In this document: positions 27,732 to 44,844 of the stretch, piece after piece
How positions within the stretch are numbered: the first letter of the stretch is position 1
Layout of the letters: each line of letters starts with the position of its first letter
Origin: Phallusia mammillata
Taxonomy: Eukaryota
Assembly (NCBI GenBank): GCA_965637545.1
Contig: OZ281499.1
Coordinates: forward strand, 26,288,001-26,352,000
DNA: 64,000 nucleotides
Direction: 5' to 3'
Program-made: the position numbers and the translations under genes
The notes under the pieces: model-generated
Database searches by the model: none
What the model was told of the DNA's origin: nothing
The model's input: only the letters and a program-made list of their open reading frames with translations

Positions 27732-30700
27732 ATGATTGTGACGTCACTCGTGCAAACGTCAGTTGTTGTCCTGGCAACTATTTTCCAAGCATCGGCCAAT
27801 AGGAGCACGATACGTACGTTTTATTAGTTCAGGTTGTAAATTTTAAACGCGTATTTGATGTCTACATATCATTTACCGATGAGTATTAGCTTGTAAAGAC
27901 ACGAATATTTTATACGACATTTGTTACACCCAATAGTGATGTCTGCTTAACAATTAAAAAAACACTCGTTGAATATACTAATGCAGTGGTTTCCAACTTT
28001 TTCGACAAACTATTTAAAACCTTTTCGTTCCTCCCTAATATACTGCATGGTACCTAAATGCCAAACCTTACAGAGATCATTCAAAACTGGGGCTTCATTA
28101 ACTTTACAAGATATATTCCCAAACCTCAAATGTTTATTTACAAACCACCACATGTAAACATTGAAAGTAAATTCCTCCTTGTTTGGGACTATACTAGCAT
28201 ATTTATTTTTAATAGTCACAAAGTTACAAAGGTTTGGATCTTAAAAAAATTGTCAACCAAAAAATACGCAATATTGTGAAGGAAACCAAATTCTTAAATC
28301 AGTCGTCTGCAAAAACATAATCGAGCCTAATTGTTTCAACTTAATTTAAGTAATCTTTGTAATTGAGTGGCAAAATTCTTATCCCAAACCGCACCCTGAT
28401 GGTTCGGATCAAGCAAACTTTGCCCTTCTCGTTTTTCTTCATTCCTGGCTTTTGATTGGCTTCTGATAATTCGCGCGGTTTTTCCGTGACCTCGGGTCAA
28501 TTTGAAGGTTAAAGTTTCAGGAGAAATTCCTTGAAATCGGATAAACTTTTAAACAACGGCTCGATTTCGTGCAAATACTCCAAATATTTGAAGTACCTTT
28601 GGAATATAGGACTTTGAAACCTGCTTTAGCGGTTTGGTTTATTGCGTTGCTTCGGGGGTACGATTTATCGCGTAGTTTTGTTTAAACCAATCAAAATTGA
28701 AAAATTACTTCCATATTACGCATTTAGGAATTATTATAGTTTGTCCGCTTCTTCAGTAACAGATAAGACTGCAAACAAATTAATTTTATTTTCTGCTGTA
28801 AGTACAACTATATGAACAAATGGTTTTCAAACTTTAGTTATTTTTTGTTTGTTTCTTTTCAATTTTCTCGACCAATTGCGCAGGCCGAGCTAAAAAATAT
28901 TTCCGCGGCATAACTTAATAGTCAGTCACACTATGTGACATTAAATACGATCGTAGAAAGAAATCTTAGCGGTTTGCCAGAAATGAGCTTTGCAAAGGCC
29001 AATCCCATCAATACTGGAATACATTAAATTTTATTACAATAGTGCAGATTATTAACCCAAAAACTCTTCCATACACTAGGTACATTTGCGAATTTTGTGA
29101 GGTAAATAAGAGATTATTTATTTTGCAACATTTGATATTTTGTTCATGTTTAGAATGTGGTCGGACTGGTGCTTCAGTAAATGCTCGGGTGAGCGGAGGA
29201 TCCGAACCAAAAAGCTCTGAAGACTGGCCCTGGATCGTGAGTAACACTTAAGTTGTTACACTTACACTTATAATAGCTCCAGTCGAGATTTTTACCAAAA
29301 TTTTGCTTCGTCATGATGCCTGTTTATTAGGCCTTTGACGAATAACCGTTACACTAATTACACTCGCTTAAAAGAATCTGCTAAATACAAATTCATCTTA
29401 AACCGCTGTTGTTGTTATTTGTAAAATAATTGCAATGTTTTAATAAAAGTGCTTTGCCAAAATCCATAGCTCCTGTGAAAATATATTTAAGTTCTGCAAC
29501 AAATGAGTCCATAAACTTTTATTGAAAGGTGAAATTGCGACGTAAATATTTCCGAACTTGATGCCAGGCCCAAATCAAGCATGTCTTATTCAAACTTATA
29601 CCCGAACTCAAACCCCAGTCTGAAGCACGCCCAACTTCACGATATGCCCCGAATACACATTTTCAGTGGTTTTGTGGATTTTTACACTTCACCACTTCAA
29701 TAGTAATAATTGTTATTTGATTTTAGGTGACTTTGAACACAGGACCTTACTTGTTTAACCCTCCTCGTTCGTGGAATCTTGGACATGACTGTGGAGGAAC
29801 GATTGTTCACGCACAATGGGTGATTACCGCAGCTCATTGTCTCGACGAGTAAGTTAACTTTGTCCAAACTAAATTTCACATCGAAATGTTTGAGGTCGTG
29901 TACATTAAATGCTGTTAAAGTTTACCTGTCAGCTTGTAAACGATTTTGATTTGTGTACTGAATCCTTTACTATACTGTTTCTGCTTGCTTTTTTCCACTA
30001 CTTTGTTTAATCACTGACGACCCTGTTTTCCATTAATGCGTTTCGGCTTGTTGCATAACGACACGACATACGGCAACTTTCAGTTTTCGGACTGTCGCCT
30101 GATTGTCGAAAAGACAAAAAAGTACATTATCTGCAGCTACCTTATAATTTCATGACCCTGTGGTTTAATGAAGTCGTTCTTATGGTTGGAAATATTGGAA
30201 AGTAAAAACTATTTTCAATCGATTTTATAGACAGCCGATTAGCCGTTGGTAGAAAGCCAAAGATTTTTTAAAAGATTGTGTATTTACAGACGTAAATGTT
30301 TTCAAATATAAATCAAACTTTTAGTGTGAGCAATTTACATGTTTTTTATATATTTGCGCAATTTTATGTAAAAAAATCGTTGCAAAAGTGGTTTTAGTAG
30401 CTACTTCAGTGTTATGTCGCAAAAGAAATGTCAAAAAACAGAAAATGACAAAATTGAGGCACGCAGGCAAATTGTCAAATGTCCAGAACCCTGTTATTTG
30501 TTTGATAACAAACCTAAATTGGTAAAATTCGGGGCGTTGTTTGCGATTCGTGACAGATTGAAACCTTTTAGGGGCTTTGAGGGTTAGTTTTCCTGTAAAT
30601 AGGAATGTTATTGCAGATAATAACAACACACTTTGCTAGTTTAAACACTTGTCGGTTGTAATTTGACTCGTTTAATTCGAAAAGTGAAAAAAATCCTTTC

Positions 30701-33357
30701 ATTTTTACTGCAATAAATAAGTTTATCTTTCGACCTGGTAAAACTGTTGACCAGACCGTGTGGGTTTTCTATTCCAAATTATTTCCAAAATTATAAATTA
30801 TTTCCAAATTAAATAGAACGTAGTCATTTTATTAACCAAACGTTTCTACAAAAACAATTCAACCTTTTATCAGTGTGGTGGAATTGATTGGCCTTTTCTC
30901 CATTCCCTTTCATTTCCCTGTTTCCGCTTCTGTATTATTCATTCTTCACTAATGATGACATTTGTTGTTGTTTTTTCGATACGCTTGCTTAACAAAATGT
31001 CTGCGTTTTATTCGACATCGCTGGCAATTTTGTTCCAAGTAAAGCTATGTTGTACAATTATTTTTCTGTTGTTTTTTCTATTTGAATAAGTTTGCGTCGT
31101 TTAAATATTTCTCTGTCGCTTTTCTGTTTCAATAAGTTCATGTTGTTTAATAATTTATCAATTATTTTTCTATTTGAATAAGTATTTGTTTATTATTCCA
31201 AACAGCGAGAACAAAAAGTTTCCCGAGGTAACTCCTGACTTCTGGACCGTGACGGCTGGGGTGTTTTCCCGTCACGTGACCACAGCATCGGTTCAACGTT
31301 GGCAGACGAAGAAAGTTCTCAGATACATACGTCACAAAAGTATGTCACATCGAGATCGTATGAACGTGTATGATATCTATGTTTCCAGCCTAATAATTAA
31401 TCGTGATCAACTAAGACGAAAGCTAACAAGGCAATTTGATCACTGCTTATTGTTTGTCTATTTTTGACTGAAGCGTTTGATGGCATTTAAATTTAAATGT
31501 TTAATGGCATCTAAGTTTATGAAAAAACAACTGCATTGTCCAACATGAATATAAAAAAACAATAGCAAACTGGCAACATTGTAATACATAAATGTTACGT
31601 TTTCGTTACTTACTGCCATGTTTTTTACTTTGGCCTTGTTGTTGGAGACGCATAAAAATGTCAACATACTTTAAATATCAGATTTTTTACCCGCGGTCAA
31701 CCATTAATAAAAGGAAACTTTAAAGAGCAAACATATTTAGAGTATGCAGAATTTATGTGTATTAAAAATTAAAAACTTAAACTTTTGTGTAATATCAAAT
31801 CTTAAAAAACTTTCCACGGTTTTGCATCGAACAAAGCTTTCAGTCTCTACCACTTCGTTTGTTTTTATGTTCAATTTCATCCCAACATCTAGGCGTGAAT
31901 TTTTAAAAAGCAATGATTTCTCAAATTCGAAATATTCCTGCAGATTTCCGAGACGAGGGTGGAGCCCAACATCACGACATTGCGCTGCTCCAGTTAAAAA
32001 CTCCATTCGTGTTCAACAACTTTGTTCGTCCTATTTGTCTTCCATACTTCCGAGCTACAAACCCTGGCGTCCACAGCAGATGTAAAACTGCTGGATGGGG
32101 AATAACCTGTAAGTAGGATAGAAATCATATTGAGTTGGGTTGAGTTTGTTTCGTCGGTGATTAAAAAATGTACAGTCACATAAAAATAATCCCAATTACA
32201 AAATAACAAATCAATCATGGCGAAGACATGTGAAACCTTACAGCATGATGTAAATAAGTTGGAAGTACATTTTGAAAATGCTCAAAAAAATCCTGTATAG
32301 TTTTTCTTCAGTCTTTCCAAATGCGCCACTTTTCAGCAAACTATCTTTTTTTATAAAATCTCAAATTTAGAGTCTTTTTCCAATTGATACGGGGTCGCTA
32401 CCTTTATTTTTAATGATGTAAGATTAACGTAATGGTTACTTTGGTGATGTGGAAACTAAATTACAGAATAAAATAAAAAATGTGGTATTTCAATTTAAAC
32501 TTTTCGTTTTTACGAATGTTGTCTTTTTTTACCAATTTTGCCTTAATAAATATAATATTTCCCAATCTTTTCGGTTCAAACTGAATTTGTTTGTTGTTTT
32601 TAGCTGAAAACAGCAAAGTGTATTCCCTGCGACTGCAAGAAGTCCAGATTCCAATCATCAATTATTCGACTTGCCGTCTGGTTTACCCCAATTCCGTGCA
32701 ACGCAAGGAACACTTGTGTGGCGGGGAATTTTACTACGGAAAAGTGGATGCATGCAAGGTAAGTTTACGACAAGTTGTCGTGGATATAACCGTTTGTGAA
32801 CTGTGTGTGAAAAAAACATTTCCGTTGAAATTCTACCATACAAACAGTAATCAGTCAAACATACATTACAAATCTACCCATAACCATAAGCACCAAGGAA
32901 ACCAGTTGTACCATGCACACAGGTACATGTTGTCCATCACCACTTTCGGTTTGACATAAGATCAATTTAGGGTACAAAGGCAGTCTTGATATTTTTTTTA
33001 AATAAAGAAATGAATGTATTAATATGCTTGGGAGATTCGACATAAACGCCTTCAATGGGCCTGGCGTACTATAATTTATGAATGAGTGTGCCGTGATCGC
33101 TGGTCTGCAAAGACGCTTCAGGGCTGATCCCAGTTATGAATTTATTCATCTTAGCAGCCAATTTTATTATTTTATTCCAGGGCGACAGCGGCGGTCCTCT
33201 CGCTTGTGAACTAAGTGACGGAAGTTGGTACTTGGCTGGAATTGTATCTTGGGGCGTTGGATGTGGTCGAAAACATGCCCCAGGAATTTACACAAATGTG
33301 AGATCCTATGAGCAGTGGGTGCTCAAAAGAATAGCGTACTACAGTTACAAAACATAA
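27732..33357 (+). CDS. Secreted trypsin-like serine protease (S1A), about 305 aa
   Basis: Probable exon 1 is 27732-27813 (signal peptide [22 protein letters not shown]; lower confidence). Then 29154-29236 ([11 protein letters not shown]|VSGG...WPW), 29727-29848 ([17 protein letters not shown]), 31206-31339, 31944-32108 (HDIALLQL...PICLP...AGWG), 32604-32758 (VDACK) and 33181-33357 (GDSGGPL...GIVSWGVGC...PGIYT). The His/Asp/Ser triad is intact, and Asp at the S1 position implies Arg/Lys specificity. Confidence 0.9.
33063..33134 (+). repeat. Interspersed repeat core (SINE-like), copy 2
   Basis: 64/72 identical to 12315-12386. Confidence 0.7.
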
Positions 33358-34009
33358 AGTACCGTTTTTGTGTTCTCTGTCGATTTTATCTTTTGACAAG
33401 CCTGCAAGTTATATTGTAGCCTACATTTTTCATCTTCATGCAAGGCAGTTATTTATCATTTTAATTATTTATCATTTTTCATTTCACTTAATTAACTAAC
33501 TATCACCATTTGAAACGTGTTGCCCCAAGCGGACAAAAAAAATACTTTGGTACGAAATCTTTAGCTTGTACGAGATTTCTTTTTATCTTTTAGATGAGAC
33601 TGCTTTGTTTTGAAACAAGCTTCCATTCTTGCCACTAACAATAACATAACATTGATGTCATAATGGTTATTGTTTTGCTTTATTTTGTGAACTTATGACG
33701 ATTAGAGTTTCAGAACTCTTGAATTGTTTTGTGATTTTTTTACTGTGATTTGCGATAAACGTGTTCGTATCAATAAAACGAATCTCCCGACTTTTTTTTT
33801 ATGTGTGGATATTGCCAACTTGTATTAAACTCAAGCCATACAAAACCAGTAAATATTAAAGTAAGCGTCCCTGTGAGCTTGTGGGCGCTAAAATTACATT
33901 TTGGCGTTTGGAAGTAGGACAGTGACAACGGAATTTGGCCATATATCTTTTTATTTGTCAGACATAAGCAATTTTGTAAAAATTGTTTGCGATGCAGACC
34001 ACTTCTAAC

Positions 34010-34186
34010 TGATGGTGGGATTCAAATTTTTTGTCAGACGTATCTATTACAAAAGTCATATGTTTCAGCCAGTTCTGTGGCAAAATTTTATAGACAGTAA
34101 CCAGTAATGCTAACCAGTTCGAACCGCATAAAAATTCGTGAGACGGTTCTGTAGAACGGGTGCGAACCGACTGAATCCCAACACTG
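34010..34186. mobile_element. Degenerate hAT MITE (Ac-type target), 177 bp
   Basis: Ends TGATGGTGGGATTCA / TGAATCCCAACACTG, TSD CTTCTAAC versus CTGCTAAC (7/8) and subterminal GAACC/GGTTC words. Confidence 0.65.
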
Positions 34187-34479
34187 CTGCTAACATAATT
34201 TGGTGTGATACACTGATGTCAGTGTATAACGCTGAAAAGGGGAGTGTTTTGAAATCATGAAGCAGTTAAGAGTTGGTACAAAACATGAAGGAAGAAAGGC
34301 ACTGTTAGAAACCTTACAATAAACGATATAGTGCATTAAAAATATTTACAAAATGTTGACATACACACCAAGCACAAGTAATAATCCCGCAATATTACAA
34401 ATTACATCTTCTTGTTGATGATTGCTTTTTCAAACCATGATTTTTTGCTCTTTGTAGTTTAAGACAAGTTGAAATAGTC

Positions 34480-36434
34480 TCACAACAGACCCAATCGGCT
34501 TTTCCCGCCTTTTCTTGACCCCGTCGCGTTTCTTGACCTCAATCGTGGAGTTGTTTCTCGCGAAAATATTTCCTTTGGTGTAAGTTCGATTTCAAAATCC
34601 CGCAGAATTCGTGTTCGTATATATCTGTGAATGAAGAATTAAAATTACCAAAACATAGGGTCAAAATAGTCAAATACAACAACAATAACAGCAACAGCTA
34701 CAAAAACAATAACAACTGTATGAAGAAATAAAATTACAAACAATTTTCAGTGGAAGAGACACAAAAACTTACAATTAACAACATTGGAAACTGAAACAAC
34801 AACAAAAAATTACAGAAACAAGAACAATAGCAAACCTCGTGTTTCTTGCTTCTTTCCATGCTCGAGATATTGGTCGACTGTCAGGGCTCGAAATAAGTCG
34901 ACTTCTGTTTCTCATTTCGAGCTCTGTGCTTGCTTCCAGTCCGTTCACCAACACAAGAATGTCAGCCATCTTTTGTTCGGCATTTTCCCTGTTTTGCATC
35001 TGACAAAAATAATTTTAAGGTACTGCTCTTTACTGTCGTCTAGCGGCCATATTACTGTGTGTGTGTTTAAGGTTAGCTTTTAAGAAGTTGTTGAACCATT
35101 TAGCAGAAAAAAATACGTCATTTTGCGGTAAAAATATCGAAATTTTGTGAACAATAAATTTTTTTGTGGCAAAATTAAAAAAATCATAAAAAGTGGGTTT
35201 GATAATTGTGTGTGTTGCCTCTACCGCCCCCAAGTGTTACCTCTTCCTTTTCCAGCTTTGCGACAAACTCTTTAACTCTCTCACTCGCTCTCCTCTGTTT
35301 CTCGTGCGCTTTCAGCAGGAGCCGATAATTCTTCCTCCTCCTGTGCTCCTCCCGCTCTTTCATCAGGAGCAGAGTGGGATCCGTGTCACGTGACATCTTG
35401 CGCTCGTTTCGCTTCATCAGTTCCTGACGTTTACGCTTCGTCTCATCCACTATGGCTTGCGCGAGTTCTCGCCGTAGGAGGGCGCACTCGTTGTTTGTTT
35501 GTTGAATGTCAAAACTGGCAGAAGCAAGATGATACTTGATTGACCGAAAAAGCAATCTTTCTTAAGCAAAAGTTGCGTGGATTTAAATTTGGGTAACAAG
35601 TTTTGTTTTAGTGATGCTCCGAACCCGCTTCAAAAGGTAATTTTACCTTTATGTTGAAATTTCAAATGATCTTTATGTTGTTCATGTAGGTAAACTCTAT
35701 TATGACACTCCAAAATCACTTCCACAAGTCGTAAGCTTTACTAAACTTCGGACAACGTTAAATATTTTGCTGACAGCGTTGCTCGTAAGACATCATGGCC
35801 CGTATTTTTCAGATGCAGCAACAAATTAGTCAATTAAGGTTGTATTGGCGATATTGTGTGTTTAGGCATTAACTTCATACAATAAAAAAGTTCGGTTTCG
35901 GCCGAACTTTCAAACTTCATACAATCAAAGACATTGAAAAACAGCGTATTTGACCGAAATGTTTTGGCCAACCGTTTTAATCACTAGTTTAAAGGACTCA
36001 TTGCAAGTTTAACTTCTCGCCTGTTGTGTTGTTTCGTTTTATTTTATCGGCGCAAAAGACAACATTTTCGTAATCTCACCAAAATCTGCAAATATTTATT
36101 TTCTCACCGATATTGTGCGTTGATTCCGCCGTAACCTTCAATTCTTGTCGTCAATCTTTTTCTTTCTCTGATATTTTCTTCCTTGGTTTGTTTCATTATG
36201 TCTGGCCTCTTTCTTCGATTCATTTTAACAAATATTTTTTGGCTACTTTTATTTGCTTTAAAAATACTCTGTGCTTCAGAAAACCTAAAACGCTACAAAA
36301 CAATTAACACTCAGTCCAATGTCGATGTAAAGGTATAATCTCGGTATTGCAGTCAGTTCATGGTACTTTTACCTCTGTTGAAACATTTTTCTCGTAATGG
36401 TTAAAACTTGCAGATTCTTGTTGTTGCCTTCCAT
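34480..36434 (-). CDS. Uncharacterised basic coiled-coil protein, CCDC190-like, about 273 aa, 5 exons
   Basis: Minus-strand exons 36434-36373, 36284-36108, 35514-35241, 34999-34836, 34624-34480. All are GT-AG with matching phases (2,2,0,2) and give one open frame ending LGLL*. It is R/K/E-rich and helical. The C-terminal WKEARNTRYIRTRILRDFEIELTPKEIF resembles my recollection of human CCDC190 [26 protein letters not shown]. The gene model is more certain than the family call, and the start exon is uncertain. Confidence 0.75.
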
Positions 36435-36899
36435 CCAAAATAAATATTTGAAACTATTTTAGCACACGCCTCAACAAGTTTTTATCAACTACACTAAATG
36501 TTAGCAGTCGTAATATTATTTACACTTCTCCTTGGGATAACAGACTTTTCGTATTCTCGGGGTTTCATTCACATCGTGTGTATTAACTTCTCGCTGCAGA
36601 TTAACACTTCAACTTATCTCTCTGTTGCGTCACACTCCCTTTGTAACCACACAATGGCAAGAGAAAACACGCGGTTTAAACATCGCAAAGTTGCTTCGTG
36701 TGTTGCCAAAGATAACAACACATGTATGCTATGTACAAACTTGCCAAACTTATGTAACTGTGTGTTTTATTGCTGTTTGTGCAAATTCTGCAAAGAAACA
36801 GTTTTTGCGTTTTTTCTTCATCACATCATTGTCAAATTCATTTAGTTCAGCGCCATTTTAAATGACCCAAACCAGCGTTTTTCACTTAATCATGTTATA

Positions 36900-37055
36900 C
36901 GCCGGGCACATTGAAGCGTTATACCGAATCACCCGGTCACCAAGCCTTCCCACACGGTGGGCAAAAGCTAGAAAAAAGTAGCTTTCCTGCGATGGGATTC
37001 GAACCCACCACGTTTGTCCGGAACGTGTGCTCTGCCAACACTAGAAAACTGTTTG
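36900..37055 (-). mobile_element. tRNA-headed SINE-like fragment
   Basis: The minus strand reads TAGTGTTGGCAGAGC...GGTTCGAATCCC (A-box-like plus B-box), followed by a non-tRNA body with AACGCTTCA, a word shared with the repeats at 11135 and 12365. There is no complete cloverleaf. Confidence 0.5.
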
Positions 37056-37545
37056 GACTATCACATCCTTATTTTAAATTAAAATCAATTTCAATGACCC
37101 GCATGTTAAAATTTAATTTCCAAATTAAAGATAAAGTTTAACAAAAATTACAACAAAAATGAAATTATCAACATTCAAAAGCACATTTCAAAAGATTTTA
37201 AAAATTACGTCATATAAATACAGAACAGCGGCATTTAACGATAAACACATTTCAATTATTTTCACCGGCTGGTGGCGATAAAGTTCTTCGAATGGACTTC
37301 TTCCGTTTTGTTTTGTTAAAAAATAGAAAGACTGGAAATTTCTGCAAAAACAATGAGGTAGCAAGTTTTTTTTCAACTTGGAGATCGTTTCAGCAGCAAA
37401 TGTAAGTTGTTATTTGTTGGATTGTTAAAAAACGTGGAGAAAAGTTTTGCAACCGAATTATTATTTTTTCCCAAACATGCCATAATAAATCAAAATTCTA
37501 TGCTGTTATTTTGCAGTCAAATACTAAAAATTACCACTGTCTAGC

Positions 37546-37640
37546 AAGTAAGTAAGTAAGTAAGTAAGTAATTTATTTTTGCGCTGTTTAAGCGGCAGGG
37601 TGGCGAAAGACCCTAAGGTCACCTTGTCAGCCACCCTTGA
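37546..37640 (-). mobile_element. 3' end of a retroposon (L2/CR1-type LINE or LINE-tailed SINE)
   Basis: On the minus strand, the stem AGGGTGGC...GCCACCCT encloses AAGGTGACCTT, followed by AAATAAAT and a (TTAC)6 tail (plus strand (AAGT)n, 37546-37571). Confidence 0.55.
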
Positions 37641-37936
37641 TTTCAAAACAGGCAATCAAATGAATAAACAAAACAGAAAACATAGCACTACAAAAATGTT
37701 ATATTAAATTTTTCTTACGTGTGTTTAGTTGACAAAATTTTATGCTTTAAACAACAACAAAACCAGTTTAATTATGGTTTCTTTCACCAAGCATACTAAA
37801 AATTGTATATGATGCTAAAATTGGTACTTAAATTTCGCTGTCATTAAGGAAAGCAGTGATTTAAAATACTTGTCAGCAGTATGACTGTTTAGCTTTTTTG
37901 GAAATAATATACAGTACCAGTTTATTTTATCAACAG

Positions 37937-43293
<5,357 letters not shown>

Positions 43294-44844
43294 AAAGTTG
43301 AAACAAGTTTATGGCGTGTCATGAAATGCTGGTCCGAAAAAAGTAGTGTAGGATGATACTAACCATCATCATAACATGCAAACGTTTAAATTCTATCGTT
43401 TTAGTGTACGTTTCAAAACACAAATTGATATTTTATGAAATTTTGTTTCTTGCTTTTTTATCACAAATGGTTATGTAGTTGAAAAGTTTTGTTTAATGTA
43501 TTCTGCTTTAAAAGCATTGTTTCTTAAAGTGTGGTAAGTTTGCTATAAATAGCCTGTCTAATATTTAAACGTCAACAAATTTGATTTATTTGCTGTTTGT
43601 TTGTGTAAAATCTGTAAGTTTTAAAATGTCTTGTTTAGAGTAAAAGCAAATGTATAAGTTAATGTTATGTATCGAAGCAAGTGACCATCTCAATATCAAT
43701 GCTTATCACTTGGTTAGTGTTGTGTTAAATGCATATTTTTGTTTTGTTAATAGTTTAGCGTATGTTTGTGGTTAGATTTAATGTAATTACTCTGCCAAAA
43801 CAGAAAAATGTGAATAATTGATGTAGCATTGTGATGTCATAAGCCCTGTCTGTCCATAGAAGAATTTAATGAGATGTTTATGATGTATTTTTTTCACCAA
43901 CTCTTATCACAAAACCATAATTGAGATGTTTTCTGATGAATTGTACAAATTTAACAATCAAGTACAACGTTGTGTAAAAATTAATCAGTTCTGTGTTATT
44001 TTTCTGGCAACATTCATTTTTATTTGCACAGATTTTTTTTAAATTTCACATTTGGTACTGGTTTGATGACTTCGCATAATGGGCTTTCCCTGACGTGCAA
44101 ATGAAATAAAATGTTTTCTAAATTCTTTAAATGTGACAAAACATATTCGACTTTTGTATGATATCTATGTGGTTTAATAACTTGGGTCTATTTTTCACCA
44201 CTGTAGTAAACATGCGATTCATTGTACATCGATTCACTTGTTGTTGTTGTTGTTGTTGTTTTATTGTGTTTGTGCTTAGTTTGTTTGTCATGCACTGATG
44301 TTTGTGTACGCACTACCGCTTGTTACTTGACCATAAAAAAGAAACACACTCGATTGTGAAAGGAATTATTTTAATGTTTCTCATATGATTTTCATGTGAC
44401 AGTCAACACGACTGAGATAATTGTCAGGTTTTGCAAATGTTAGCCAACAAATTAAATTGTCTTTGTCCATAGAAATATTAACATAAATATTTTGCCCAGA
44501 GTGACACGTTAAAGTTAAAATTCAGATCCAGTACTTAAACGGAACCATGGTAAGCCAAAATTGAAAAGACGGGAAGGAAAATTAAATCTGTTAGTTTACA
44601 ATAAACAAAGATTAAAATTACTCACTAGTTGCGAGAAAACAATCTTACTTATTAATTTTCAGCGAAAATCTTGCACATTTTTCTTCAGAACTACGTAGTT
44701 TAGAAAGAAAACTTTGACAGTAATAAGTTTGAAAATTGGCGCTGTAAGCTTTCGTATTGTTCCGAGATGAAACAAACTAATTGAAGAATACCCAAGCATG
44801 CGTTTTTATGTAAGATTTCATCTGGTTGTTATGTGAGGCGTTCA

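Noticed and set aside
28370-28510. Extra protease exon in a GC-richer patch
   Set aside because: All three frames stop, and no phase-1 acceptor/donor pair fits.
36975-37055. tRNA gene
   Set aside because: A B-box is present, but there is no convincing acceptor or anticodon stem, and it runs into a repeat body. Treated as a SINE head.
44238-44262. (TTG)n and other short simple repeats (also 3530, 34670-34740, 59320-59363, 31070-31190)
   Set aside because: Ordinary microsatellites or small local duplications.
43294-44844. STK38-TRAPPC10 as a trans-spliced operon
   Set aside because: The genes are co-oriented, but an AATAAA near 44106 lies about 740 bp before the TRAPPC10 ATG, leaving room for a separate promoter. 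The sequence alone does not show polycistronic structure.
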